DNA of 64,000 bases from Mesotaenium endlicherianum (Eukaryota), in contig WELA01002318.1 in NCBI GenBank assembly GCA_009602735.1, forward strand, positions 537,984 through 601,983. The letters are read 5' to 3'. The notes under the pieces were generated by a model that worked only from the letters and a program-made list of their open reading frames with translations, was not told the origin of the DNA and searched no databases. Each line of letters opens with the position of its first letter. The first letter of the stretch is position 1. Positions 36,218 through 50,050 of the stretch are shown here, piece by piece. The translations under genes were made by a program, and so were the position numbers.

Positions 36218-39200
36218 TCAGGACGACTGCAACGCAAGCCGGCGCACCAACGCCTGGCCCGTCCCATACGCCACCGCCTGGATGCTGATCATGGGGTTGA
36301 CCCCGGGCGGCGTGGGCAGCACGCTCCCGTCGCCCAGGTACAGGCCCTCCACCTCCCAGCTCTCGCAGTGCGGGTCCACGGCCGACGCCGCCTCGTCATT
36401 GCCCATGGGGCAGCTGGCCGTCTGATGCGCCGAGAAAACGGGCACCCGATTCGTCACGATGCCCGTCGCCCGGACGTTCTTCAAGTACGCGTCGAACGCG
36501 TCGTCGTCGTTGCTGCCGCTGGTGGGGCGGCCTCCCCCCTGCGTCCCGCACTTGAAGGCCTCCAGGCCGGGGCACAGAGAGCCCACCTCTGCCGCCCCCG
36601 CCGCCCGCATCACCTTCAGCCCGTGCTCCACGCCGTCCTGTCGCCGCCCGAACAGCAAACACCACGCCACATCATCACCACCATGCCGCATGCCGTAACA
36701 TTGCCAAGCACGCCATTTTGATATACATGCAGCAGGCTCCTACTGGCTGCCGGGAAACACCACATGGATCCTCGTGTGCATACACATCAAGAAGCACTAA
36801 GTGTAAAATGCCTTCTAAGCTCTGAATGGGCAACCTGCCAGATCAGAAATATTGGAGCTGCCGCTCCATTCCTCTTCCTCTGAAGGAGGGGGAGCAGGCA
36901 CGCGAGCGCAGAGCAATGCAGTAAGGGGGGGGTCTCATATAGCAGCAATGCGGGGGAGTTCCTGCAGAGAGTGCAGACCTTCATGTTGTCGGCGTCAAAG
37001 GGGCTCAGAAAGTACTCAATGGCGGGCTGCCCCGCGGCGTCGAGGCGCACGCGCCCGTGGCCCTTGTCGCGCGTCAGGATGATGAAGTAGGCAATGCGCG
37101 CGAACCGCGACGCCATGTGGCGGTACGCCCGCGCTCCGTTCCACGGCAGAGCCACCGCAAAAAGGGCCGGGTGCACGCACGGGGTCTACGCGCACCCATG
37201 GGCACGGCACAGCAGAGAGGGACATGTGACCGGTGGGCATGTGAGCACCTTTTGGTACACATACGAAACAAAAGTTGGCTTCGCCAATCACCGGAACTGC
37301 TGTGGCATCCAAGCTGAGCCGCTGCTTCAAGTAGGGTCAAACTGAGAAGGGGCCGAAGTTCACTCCTGGAATTGACTGCTTACATCTGGGCGAGGAAGAA
37401 TGACTTGCTTACGTCCTGGCAAGGCAGAATGACAGGGGTAAGAACAAACCAAATCGAGCAGCTTCAGAAGGAAAATGGAGACAGACCCCGAGCTGAGGGA
37501 CCCTAAGGCGTCCCGCCTCAGCGTCCCTGCTCCTAGCAGCAGATGACAGAAAGAACAGCCACGCAGTCCACGCGCACATTGGTCCCAATTCTGCTGCTGC
37601 GGAACATCTATAATCCCAGCACACACAGCTGGCAGAGCAGGCAAGATATCAAGGGGGGGGAGTGCCCAGCCACCTGCAGGAGGCAGCCGTAGCCGGAGGA
37701 GTCCCAGTTGCCCACAGCCGTGGAGCAGGCGGTCATGATGGCGCCCTCGTACGTCGTCCCGGGCGGGCCCTGCCCCTCGGGGAAGTAGCCCCACACTCCC
37801 ACCACCGGGTGCAGCCTGCTTGAAGGGCAGGGGCGCGCACAGACACCTCGGTCAGGCGCAGGATCAGGTGGCACAGGGACGCGACCAGCAGCCAGCGAGC
37901 AAGGCTGGTTCCCCGCTGTCCGTTGGGCCTCCTCCCATCGAAACCCTAGCTAAATTGGCTGCATGTGTGCGTGTGTGCGTGTGTATGTATGCGTGAGAAA
38001 GAGAGAGTGAGGGGAGAGGGAAAGTCCGGGAGGGGAAAGGGAATGAGGGAAGGGAGGAAGGGAGGGAGAGAAATACAACAAAGTGCACTATATAGTGGCC
38101 CGAGAAATGCGCGCTTGCTGGTGCGCATGCGCAGCCCAGGTCGGGAATCAGAGAGCCCGCATGAGAGGTGCATGTGGACGCTCGCTTGAGTGACAGCTTG
38201 CATACGAACGTACCGAAGGTTGCCGCCGATGGCGGGGTTGGTGAGGCCGCTTCTGAGCAGCAGTGCGGGCGTCTGCACACTGCGTGTTCAGCCCCCGCCC
38301 CAGAGCCCATGTCAGAGGGGAGGTTGCAAAGGCAGAGCCACAGCAGAGGCCTGAGGCAGGCGGGTGTAGGAGGCAGGCCTGCCCTGCGCACGGCAGGTGA
38401 CAGCAGCTGATGACAACAGAAAAAACCCACAACAGAGCTCCTGAATGACAGCTGGCTGGCTGCTCTTCTCTCCAGAGACCAGCCCTACTAACCAGCATGC
38501 AGTCTTTGGTGGTCCTCATACTTCACCCTCTCCTCATTCCTGCCCCCCCCAAGTAGACATGCAAACACAAGAGGGTGCCCTCACCAGCTCATTGCAAGGG
38601 GAAGGACTAGGGGAGGGTGTGGGGTTTGTAGAAGGGGTGAGACTTCAGAAGAGAAGTGTCCTTCACAACGAGTCAGACTAGAAGGTCCTCTCCCCCTCCG
38701 TCCTGGTCCCACCCCTCCCCCTTGCAGCACTCACGAGGTACACGCCATGTATTTGAAACCCTCAGCACCACTACCCGCGTGGTGCCGACACCTGGCACTT
38801 AACCCTAACCCTAACTCTGAAGTCAGGCTCTAGAAAATCATCTGTGATGATGCACAGCGAGTGACAGGGCTGCAGGCAATACCTTCCACAAGCAGATACC
38901 ACAAGGGGCGCTCGGAATGTGACGAGGCGCACGCTGTCGCCCTCTCCAACAGTTGTCAGCACGCCACACGCTCTGCGGGGCTTGCCTGGCTTCTGGTTGG
39001 GCTTGTGCAAAACGCGGAGGGCCGTGCAGCCGCTCACCACTCGAGCACCGGCGGCAGCGGCGTCGACCAGCCAGGTCTCTGAGACCGCCTGCTTGGCCCC
39101 CTTCCTGCACCCCAGCCCGCACCACCCGCCTGCATGCACGCACGCACGCACGCACATTTGCGATCACCATTGAGCTGCTCATAACTGTGTGTGTGTGTGT

Positions 39201-39230
39201 GTGTGTTTGTTTGTGTGTGTGTGTGCGTGT

Positions 39231-39261
<31 letters not shown>

Positions 39262-42200
39262 GGGGAGGGGATTGTGCAGGTGAAGTGCGAGTACAGCATG
39301 GCGGCGTTCAGCACGGGCGAGCGGAGGCGGCGCACCAAGGGCGACCGGCGCAGCACCGAGATCTCGCTCGTCATCCGCAACACCATGGACGCCGCCATCC
39401 TCACGCACCTCATGCCGCGCACGCAGGCGCGTAACCCTTCTCACTCCTTCCCCCCCCNNNNNNNNNNNNNNNNNNNNNNNNNNNNNNNNNNNNNNNNNNN
39501 NNNNNNNNNNNNNNNNNNNNNNNNNNNNNNNNNNNNNNNNNNNNNNNNNNNNNNNNNNNNNNNNNNNNNNNNNNNNNNNNNNNNNNNNNNNNNNNNNNNN
39601 NNNNNNNNNNNNNNNNNNNNNNNNNNNNNNNNNNNNNNNNNNNNNNNNNNNNNNNNNNNNNNNNNNNNNNNNNNNNNNNNNNNNNNNNNNNNNNNNNNNN
39701 NNNNNNNNNNNNNNNNNNNNNNNNNNNNNNNNNNNNNNNNNNNNNNNNNNNNNNNNNNNNNNNNNNNNNNNNNNNNNNNNNNNNNNNNNNNNNNNNNNNN
39801 NNNNNNNNNNNNNNNNNNNNNNNNNNNNNNNNNNNNNNNNNNNNNNNNNNNNNNNNNNNNNNNNNNNNNNNNNNNNNNNNNNNNNNNNNNNNNNNNNNNG
39901 GGGGGGAGCCACTTCTGCCAGATAGATGAAGGAAGGCAGTCTCCCCCAGATGTTTGCGTTGAGCAGGAGCACGCTTTGCTCCGTGCCCCAAGAAGATTTG
40001 GAGAAGAAAAATGCTAAGGGGCGGATTCGAATGAGATGACAGAGTCAGAGCGACAGACCAAGTAAAAACTTGGCAGAGGTGCAAAGGGAGAGTGAGGAAG
40101 TGACAGATGGAGAGGGGAAGAGAGAGGGAGAGGGAGAAGGGGAGGGAGGGAAGAGGGGCGCACAGGAGTGGGCGCCGGCAGCATTGCGAGGAAGGACGCG
40201 CACGTCGTGGCCCAGCACCTCGCAGCCCTGCGCCAGCACGCTGTTGGCAAAGTTGTGCACCGTCTTGTCGTCATGCACCCCCAGGCGCTCGCACACCACC
40301 GCCAGGTCGCGTTTGTACTCCTTCCCTGCAAACCTCTGGGGACCACAGCACACCCATTTGGCAGCCCCGCCACGTGGAAGCACGTGAGGCAAAGAGGGTG
40401 GCAGAAGGAGGAGACGACGAAGGGAGGAAAACAAGCAGCACAGAGCAAGCCCGCCTTTCAAGGCCAGTTCACGTGTGTTTGGGCCCCCACACTCTCGCAT
40501 GCACAGTTGCACATGCATGCACGCAACACATACCCCCATACCCCCCCCCACCCATTCCGCCTCTCCCTCCCCNTCACCACCACACATAAACCCCGAGTGG
40601 CAGACCTACGAAGCAGACACGGAAGCGCTTACCTGGAGCTTGCAAACATTGGCCCACTCGGAGACGACATGTGGCGGCGTGGGGAACGACGCCGCCCAGT
40701 TGATGTGGGTCCCGCCCCCCACGGTGCTCCCAGCCAGGATGCCGACGCCGCCACCCTCCGACGTCATGAAGCCGCCGCTCTCGTACCTGTCACCATGGCA
40801 CTGCGCCACCTGTTCAGACTGGAGCAGTGTGAACCTCTGCAGCTGCTTGGCTTCGCGCTCGCAATTCAATGAAGGGGGCACAGGAACACGCTCGAGTGCG
40901 GAGTGCAATACAGGCCTGGTAATGAACAGGTGTCACTGGTGACCGCAGTGGTCTTGAATGAAACTGGCCACTCTATTCCTAGAGAGTGAGAGAGAGGGGG
41001 GGGGGGCAGGGGGTAAGGCAGGGTGGGAAGGAGCAAGAGAGGGACAGGAAGAGAGAAAGAAGCACGGGGGAGAGAGAGAGAGAGAGCAGAGCAAACGGAC
41101 ATGGCAGCCATGGAGGGCCCCTCCAGCAGAGACAAGTCGCCGCGCGCGTAGTAGCGCCCCTTATCTATCACCAGCACTCGCAGGCCTGCCCTCGCCAGCT
41201 GTGCTGCAATCACGCCACCGCCAGCGCCTGATCCGACAACGACGGCATCGCACGTCACAAGCAGCCCCCCCGCCTGTGCTCACGCCCACCCCCAGCCAGC
41301 CAGCCAGCCAGCCAGCCGGACAGACGGTCAAGAAGATAGTGAGACAGACATGCGCACAGAAGAACATGCGCCTTCCCCCTCTGGCCGTCTCTTTCTCTCC
41401 CTCTCTCCTTTAGAGAGAAACAGGACAACAGCTGTCAGCAGAGGTTCCCAAACACCCTCTCTGGCTCAGCTCAATTCTCAAAGGAGGCGGGCAGACACAG
41501 AGAGTGTGTGTCAGAAAGAAAGGTCGTGTAATAGTGTCATAGTGTGTGTGTATTTGTAAGATAGATTGAGGGGAGAGAGAGAGGGAGAGAGAGAGAGAGA
41601 TCGGAGGGGGGGCGGGGAGCAACATGTTAATGCCCCCGAGCAGCCCCTACAGGCCCATACTTAGGGATGGTGATACTGGCAGGCAGCCAGGGGGGGACAG
41701 GCAAGGCAGGCAGTCTATGGATGCCCTACAGCTTTTATCGTCCAAAGATGGCTGAAATGCAGAAGTGCATGGCCGCAGGGCTCGCGGGAACCGGTGGCAC
41801 AATGAGGGGGACACGACTGTACCGGTGTCTCGGGCGTTGTGGGAGCTTCCGACACCAGGCAGCCCGCGGCCTGCAAAGCCTCCCTGACGCTGTCACTGTC
41901 AGCCTTTGCAGCAGCAGCAGCGGCCGCCAGGTCAACAACCGCGTGGGCCAGCGGCTTCGCCTCTGGCTCATCTGCTGCTGACACCTGGCGAGTCGTTTCA
42001 GGGTCGGGACCACAGTAGCCCATGGCACGCCAGGCCGGGTTGTGTCCTTTCTCGTCCACCTGGCAGCCAAAGGACGGGATGCACAATGTCAAGGAGAGCA
42101 GCAGCAGCAGGAGCCTGCCACGTGTCGACCACTAGTTATTGCACCCCCTGCCCTGCTGCTGCTGCTCAAAGATGAGGTTAGAACGCTCTGCCTCTGGCAC

Positions 42201-44778
42201 TACCAGGCAACGCACACCCACATAGTCTAAGCCCCAATCTTCACAACAAAACAACATGCCAGGTCAACTGCCAGCTGGCAAGAGAGCAAGCATGCCTGGC
42301 AAATGGCTGCACAATACAGGACCAAGTTCTCAAGTAGTCCTGAATGTGATGCACAACTGCCGCCTGACTCTCCACCTAGCGCCTGAAGTGCTGACTCAAC
42401 ATCCGCCCACGCCAGGCTGAAGATCGACTGGGGAGCGCGCTCGCGAGCACAGGAGAGGGGAGGAGGGCGCGAGGGGGAGCGGAAGGGTGGAGAGGGTGGC
42501 TGACCCGGCTGAAGAATTCATACACCGTGAAGGACTTCAACACCTGCGCATGATGCCGCCACCGCACCATCCATGGCCGCCACATACACCCGTCCCCCCC
42601 CNNNNNNNNNNNNNNNNNNNNNNNNNNNNNNNNNNNNNNNNNNNNNNNNNNNNNNNNNCCCCCCTCCTTCTCCCTCCTTTTCGCCTGCAGCAGCTGTAGG
42701 AGCAGCTCTGTAACCTGCCCCCAAGACCGAAACACACCTCACTTGCTGCCTCACACAGAGGCAACAAGTGACTCCGCACGCTATCTACAAGCCAAATCAG
42801 ACAATCAGACTAGGGGGGGCAGATCCCCTCCTTCCTGCGCACCGGCCCCGCCCTAGGGCCACAGAGGGGGTCAGGGTCTGTCAACCTCGCCAGCTCTACC
42901 GGCGTGCCAGGTGGGCCACCGGGGGGGGGGCAAAACTCTTCTCTATTTGAGTCTGTTGCTCCCTCCGTCTCCCTCCAACAGAGCGTGTGTGCGACTGAGC
43001 AGCACATGAGCATGAGTAACTCCAACCCGAGGTTCTCGAATTGTCATGCAGAACAGCACCAGCTGGCTCTCTACCTCCGCGCTCTCTCGGCCTCCCTTGC
43101 ATGCGGCAGTCGTCCAAAATACTCCAGCTCAACCAATCTGAAACCCCAGTGACATTCCACTACATCTCCTCTCACATCGCACTCAATGTCCTTCTCTCTC
43201 TCGCGCGCACACACACACACACACACACGTAGTGTGCATACCTTGAAGAGGGTGCGCAAGGGGAGGAGGGGACTGCGGGACCAGCGGATGAGCACGGCCT
43301 CGCGCCGCTCCTGCCCCAGCTCTGCAAACGTTCTCAGGAAGGGGAAGGAGGGCTTGAAGGCTGCCAGGCCCACCAACAGCAGGGTGCCCAGGCGCGTGGA
43401 GAGCAGCCACAGCACGCGGCTCACCATGGCCATCTCTGCCGCCTTCAGCCGCAGCTTCATCAGCCCTGCCACCTGCGCGCGCACGCGCGCACGCGTGCAT
43501 GCAGAATGCATTCAGAAGTTGAGGACATGGATCTATGAAACATCTGTGTGTATACATGTATATATGTGTGTATGTGTATATGTGTGCACGTGTGCACATC
43601 TGGGTCTATATATATGCGTGTGCTTCTGTACCTGTTCTTACAATCTATAGATGTTAGGACTCCTGTGAGTAGATTATTAAATAGACTACCTGTCTGTAGA
43701 TTATTGAATATATGCACTCGAAACGTGTAAACCTCTTGTACACTACAATAAACTATGTAACTGTTGTGGCTGCATTTGAGCTTACCCACACACATGTACA
43801 GGTAAACATACGTACTTCTGCATTTACTGTAAACACATGATATTCGGGGTTAGCAGCAGAAGAAGCTGCAATCAGTGTGACACCTGCCTACATCTATGTC
43901 TCACGACTCAGCAGCAGAAGGGAGCTGCAGGCTGTCTGACTGGCTACACACAGCGTTCTGAGTTTGGATAGGGTAAATAGCAATCCTGCAGGAGTATGGG
44001 AGGGCAGGAAGGATGGCTAATGGAATGAGGTGAAAATGGAATGAGGTGAATCTCAGCCGGTTGCATTCCCTCTAATCTTCTGGGGTGGCTGGGGTTTCCC
44101 CTTGCAGTCTGTCTGCTGAACATGCATTAACTTCGTTAGCATCTAGTACGCAGAACTTAAAGATGCCAAGAACATGCAATTGTAGAAGCAGAAGAAATTA
44201 GGCTTAATGATTAGGAAGGACGAAGAAGGACTGATGTCTTTCACATATTGGAAGAAGTTGGCCATATAATTATGAAGCTCATGACTGGACATCCAGAACA
44301 CTCCTGTCCTCCACAGTCATGGTTGGTCCCTTGCTATGCTAGATCAAGTTTATCAACGGATTCAGAAGAAAGTGACTTCACCCACTCTGCTTAGTGTTAC
44401 TATGTGAAAGCATACACATCTATGATTTCATATCATACCACCAGGAGAAGAAACTAGAGAGCTTACCTGAAGTGGCACGCCAAGGGCAGATGCTGAGAGA
44501 CTATAGAAGTCTTTGAGGTCGGCAGCTTTGCTAGAGCTGGTCGTCTCCGCACTCTCCAATCCTTTGCTAGAGGGTGATGCGCTTCCATCATTGAAATTTG
44601 AGGGAGGAGGGGGTGAAGATGGGGGAGGGAGAGATGGAAGCAGAGTCTCACAAATGGCAGTAAGGGCCTCAATTTGAGGACTAGAAAGATTGTGCGGAGC
44701 ATACTCTGAAACGCCTTGCAAGTCTGGGTGAGCTCTCCTATGTTCCGGTACGACGCCACTATCTTTTGTATTTTCCAT
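36218..44778 (-). CDS. FAO: Long-chain fatty alcohol oxidase (GMC oxidoreductase). Exons 44778-44467, 43472-43242, 42543-42505, 42059-41823, 41273-41101, 40786-40633, 40335-40164, 39129-38883, 38279-38214, 37815-37674, 37185-36979, 36637-36218
   Basis: Motifs [34 protein letters not shown]-binding [84 protein letters not shown]. Junctions are GT-AG and phase-consistent; the exon 4 donor is least certain. Confidence 0.95.
39280..39426 (+). other. RRP41: Isolated exon of exosome component RRP41 (RNase PH family), antisense within an FAO intron
   Basis: After a tgcag acceptor, 49 open codons: [49 protein letters not shown], followed by a GC donor. Lies between a (GA)n/poly-G run and an N-gap. 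Confidence 0.85.
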
Positions 44779-45391
44779 GTCTACTGTCAGCTAGTTCAAA
44801 CGTGTACCCGTCGACGTGAATGATGCAATAGTTTCACCCTTCTTACGTTCTAAGACTCAATGTTTATATGGAGCTGTAGCAGGGACCTTAAGGTGCCATG
44901 CAAGATGAAACACTCCGTCATGTCTCCACTCCATGCATTGATTGTGGATTTAGCATGCCAAGCCACCCTGTCTTTGTTCTCGCCAAATTCCGATCTGCAC
45001 TATAAGATCAAGGATAATCAGGGGGTAACACCTCAGCAACACATATGCATGAAGCCGCCCTATCTGCGTATGGCAGACTTCCGGTGTTCTAAGAGATAAA
45101 AGGCAGAAAGTTTCCACAGAGAGCATAGTCTCGTCCATGAGTGGCAAGTGACTATCGCATGCCATCACTTTCACGAAAGACGTGCATGTCATCTTGGAAT
45201 ATGGACGTGCTTCTCTTAGGCCAGCCAGCCCATCAGGCGAGCTAGAGGTTCCGACTCCTGAGTCCCGACTCCTGACGCTCGAGAAACAGAGTAGATATAT
45301 AAAGTTCCATTGACTTCACGACATTTACCGTACCGAATCTAGTGCCAGTGGCCGGGTGCCAACTGATTTCAATGCATTGCAGTGCAGTGCA

Positions 45392-45819
45392 GCATGGGGT
45401 GCTAAGTGGTTGCGACATCTCAAAGCATGGGGGGGAAATTGGCGCTAATTTTTTTGGAAGTTTGAATTCAGGTCTATAAAATTTTGAACCCTTTCACTAA
45501 ATTTTCCAGGTTTTAATTTCAGGTCGCTAAGAAGAAATATTACTTCGATTAAAGGTTGCTAATTCACTGTTGTAATTTTAACCGTGATTTTAGCTCGATA
45601 TCTTAGAACCTTGAACTTTGGGCACTCATTCACCCGGATTCTCGAAGGGAGTTTCCCTCCCATGTCTCAAAATTATTGATTATTTTTGCAGGCGTCCGCA
45701 AATCTTCCCATGTTCATTGTTTTCGAAATCCCTAGGGCATAAATGAGCTGGGAAAAAGGTTCTAATTTCATGGCGCAACCGAAAAAGTGTCGCAATGAAC
45801 GCCCAAATTCACCCCATGC
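45392..45819. mobile_element. MITE-like element in the FAO/ZRANB3 intergenic region
   Basis: Left end GCATGGGGTG...TTGCGACA and right end TGTCGCAA...CACCCCATGC form imperfect terminal inverted repeats around an AT-rich, non-coding interior. TSD unclear. Confidence 0.5.
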
Positions 45820-46788
45820 ATTGCACCTTCGCCTCGATCTGCATCATGCAGCCATCCTGAGCCATCCCCATCTCGATCACCATAACAAAATTACCATCAT
45901 GTCAACATGATCCAGAAAGTAATATTTACACCGTGGCTTACCGCAGGTGACCTGCATGCTTGCATCTCTGCTCGTAGCAGCCGGTCACCGTGCGTGCCGC
46001 TGGCCGACTAGCAAATTATATTTGAATCTTTTGGCTTTCTTTAAGGCGGTTAGCTATTTATTTCTGGATTGCAAGAGCGTACGATATAGAGCCCTATCTG
46101 GCCCAAGCTTGGGTCGAGCTCGAAAGTTCTTACGAACGAGTTGCAAGACGTGTACGTTGTGGTACATTCGGCTGACGAAGGCCAGCCAAGCAGACGGCAT
46201 ACAAGTATAAAATTGAGTGCATCCCGCCCGTGCATGCTAATAACCAGCTTTGCATGAGCTAACGTACTCCGAACTTTGAAGTCGTGACTTGCTACCAGCG
46301 TTACGTCACTCGGACTTTGTTCTAGCACACAAGCATTTGCATAATCTATGACGGGGTGCGATGAGATATGTTGAACATATCAGCATAGAATATCAAGACC
46401 GTAACATGCAATGCGTGTGCATGTTTCGTGTGGGAAGTCTCGCGTCTGCTCACTGCGAACATTATGAAACCTGAAAAAAGATGAGCTTAGCATTGAAAGC
46501 GATGACGCTCAGGAAGCCTCGCTTTGGGGCATGCTGGTGAGTGCCCGAGGTGGACGGGCAGCCCTCGGTTAGAACAACAACGATTGAGCATCCTTCATAC
46601 CATTTTGGACGGCTGGTCTGTCAGCCATGGCAAATGAGAAAGTCTGGTATTATCCCGCAAGCAAGGCGGAAGCTTTGGGCTCAACAGAATAGGACTCGCA
46701 GCTAACGTAGTGCTGCGTTGGGGGATGGGTGGCGAATGTAACTTCTCCAGTCATACCTATCAATGACTGCACAGCATTTGTGTATCAA

Positions 46789-49700
46789 ATGGGAGAGGAG
46801 GGGACAAATCAATGGCAGCACCAAGAAACATGTGCGATAAGAGTGCCAGCTGGTCTGGAGGCAGAAACGTCCCAGAAAGGGGGGGCTGGAACTCTGAGCC
46901 AGGAGCAGCATGAGAGAATTCGTGCCAACAGAGAAGCTGCCCTGAAGCTGCGGGCAAAATGCAGAGGCAAAGCAGACTCCGTTCTGGGCAGGCGAAAATC
47001 CGACCAGCTTCCTGTGCATGCCAGGCCCCAACACCCTCTATACAATGACACAAGTGGCATACTAGAAAATGATTTGTCTAGAGCAAGCAATGGGACATTT
47101 TGGCAAGGGCCCCCAAATTCCTGCCCTTCTGGCAGCACTGCAGACGTCACCCCAGGTCTGCCACCCGCCAGCACAGGCAGGGGTCCGCCATGTGGCAGCT
47201 CAATCAGGGGTCTGGCATCTGGCGCTCTCCAAGCAGGGAACGTGCTTCTGGGCGGCAGCAGCTCGCCGCCTGAAGTCGCCGTGTGCCTTGAGATTTCGTC
47301 CAAGAGCAAGTTTCTGCTGAGTGCCAGGTGGCGTCGCCCATCAAACCGCAGGTCATTGCCCCTTTCAGCAGCGGCGGCAGTGGGCGCTCCCACGAGGATC
47401 TTGGAAAGTGGACACCTGGCGCATGAACAGGCAGCCGCGGGTGGTCCAGAGGAGGACCGTGGCGCTGTCGCCTACGTCCTCAGCAAGCTCCAGGTGTCGT
47501 CCCCTCCTTCCGAAACTGTCCGCCTCAGCACTGACTTTGACTGCCACCACCCTCTCTCCCCCCCTTCCCCCCCCTCTTTCACCTGAGCCTCCTCCCGGCA
47601 GCCCTGGATCCAGCATTGGCACAGCCTTCTGTGGCCCCACCAGAGAGGCTAACTGACAGCCTCGAGAATGGGCGGTGTGCGTGACATGTGCCAGGTGAAG
47701 CCACTGAGGTGGCAAGCTCTGAGTGAAGGTGTGGGCGCAGTAACGCCCGCCCCTCAGGGGGCGGCCCCGGTGTTCTTGCTGGGCGCGTATGCGAGCGTGC
47801 ACAATGCCCTGAGCCGCGCCAAGGGCGTGACGCTGACAGGTGTCCCTCCCGCCACCCTGTGCGCGCTCCGACGCTGGGGCGGGGGAGGAGCCCACGCCCC
47901 GACACTGCCACCTGGCGCAGCCCCCGACAGCTGGCTCGCGAGCTTTGAGGAGAGCCTGGCGGCGAGGCTGCCACCCAAGCTGCAGAGTGCCCTGCTGCCC
48001 TTCCAGCGCGAGGGCGTGCGCTACGGCGTGCAGCGGCAGGGGCGCTGCCTCATCGCCGACGAGATGGGCGTGGGAAAGACCATTCAGGTGGGTGCGCGGG
48101 TAGGGGGCGGATGGTCGGGGGATGAGGAAGGGGAGGGGGNNNNNNNNNNNNNNNNNNNNNNNNNNNNNNNNNNNNNNNNNNNNNNNNNNNNNNNNNNNNN
48201 NNNNNNNNNNNNNNNNNNNNNNNNNNNNNNNNNNNNNNNNNNNNNNNNNNNNNNNNNNNNNNNNNNNNNNNNNNNNNNNNNNNNNNNNNNNNNNNNNNNN
48301 NNNNNNNNNNNNNNNNNNNNNNNNNNNNNNNNNNNNNNNNNNNNNNNNNNNNNNNNNNNNNNNNNNNNNNNNNNNNNNNNNNNNNNNNNNNNNNNNNNNN
48401 NNNNNNNNNNNNNNNNNNNNNNNNNNNNNNNNNNNNNNNNNNNNNNNNNNNNNNNNNNNNNNNNNNNNNNNNNNNNNNNNNNNNNNNNNNNNNNNNNNNN
48501 NNNNNNNNNNNNNNNNNNNNNNNNNNNNNNNNNNNNNNNNNNNNNNNNNNNNNNNNNNNNNNNNNNNNNNNNNNNNNNNNNNNNNNNNNNNNNNNNNNNN
48601 NNNNNNNNNNNNNNNNNNNNNNNNNNNNNNNNNNNNNNNNNNNNNNNNNNNNNNNNNNNNNNNNNNNNNNNNNNNNNNNNNNNNNNNNNNNNNNNNNNNN
48701 NNNNNNNNNNNNNNNNNNNNNNNNNNNNNNNNNNNNNNNNNNNNNNNNNNNNNNNNNNNNNNNNNNNNNNNNNNNNNNNNNNNNNNNNNNNNNNNNNNNN
48801 NNNNNNNNNNNNNNNNNNNNNNNNNNNNNNNNNNNNNNNNNNNNNNNNNNNNNNNNNNNNNNNNNNNNNNNNNNNNNNNNNNNNNNNNNNNNNNNNNNNN
48901 NNNNNNNNNNNNNNNNNNNNNNNNNNNNNNNNNNNNNNNNNNNNNNNNNNNNNNNNNNNNNNNNNNNNNNNNNNNNNNNNNNNNNNNNNNNNNNNNNNNN
49001 NNNNNNNNNNNGGGGGGGGCTTTTGGGGAAGGGTTGGCTGCTCTCTCTTGCTATCTCTCGTATGATAGTCTAGGAGCTCCCACAATTAGCTGTGGCCCCA
49101 AGCTTTAGCGCGAGGACCCTATACCCGATCTCTGAGGAGTGATCCTAAGCCCTTGTCTTCGGCTCCGGCTGTGGCTCTGGCCCTGGCTTCAGCTGTGGCT
49201 GTAGCGCCGGTGCCGGGCGGTTCCAGCTTGGGGACCCTCCATGACAGCTGCAGTCGGGCAGTGAGAGTTGCAGCAACGCCCTGCAATGCAAAGAACCCCG
49301 GACTTATAAGCCCTGGACACAGAATGCCCTGAGATTCAGGACCTCTTTTACCTCCGTTACCTCCGCTTGGTTGGCGGGGGAGGGGAAAGAGAGGGGGGAG
49401 AGGAAGACGGGAAGGAGCGTGTCCATGTTCAAAGTAGGCTGTAAGGTCTGAGGATTTTGCCTGGAGGTGTATGTAGCTGAGCTGAGTGTGAGCAGAGTGC
49501 CCACGTGTGCTTGCTATCAGACGGAGCCAGGGCGTCTGGACATGTGTGGAGGAAGGCCGTGCTGACACTTGTCGTCCGCCCGCCTGCCGCGCGCGTGCCT
49601 GCGTGGGTGCGTACATGGGTGTGCGCGTGGCCGGCAGGCAATAGCGCTGGCGGCGTGGTACCGCCACGAGGGGCCCCTGCTGGTGGTGTGTCCAGCTGGC

Positions 49701-49991
49701 ATGCGCCTGCCGTGGGCGGACGAGCTGGAGCGCTGGCTGCCCTTTCTGTCGCCGCGCGACGTCCATCTCAGTGAGTGAGAGAGAGAGAGAAAAAGAGAGA
49801 GAGAGTCCCTCCCCCCTTCCCTCTCTCCACCATCTCGATCTTTCTCTCCCCACGTGCACCCTAATGCTGCGTCACCTTGGGGCCGGAGACGTAGACACGC
49901 CCACATGGCTTTATGACTGCCGCAAAATTGGACGCTCTCCTATCTCATACATGAGGGCCTGAGGTGAGGGGTGTGGGAGGGGGCCCGGGGN

Positions 49992-50050
<59 letters not shown>

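Noticed and set aside
38800..38818. Telomere-like TAACCCTAACCCTAAC (degenerate versions near 60215-60275)
   Set aside because: Only 2-3 units within introns; too short to indicate a telomeric or fusion site.
38953..40084. Long ORFs spanning N-gaps (also 47668-49108 and 58969-60181)
   Set aside because: Their length comes from X residues; only the internal exons are real.
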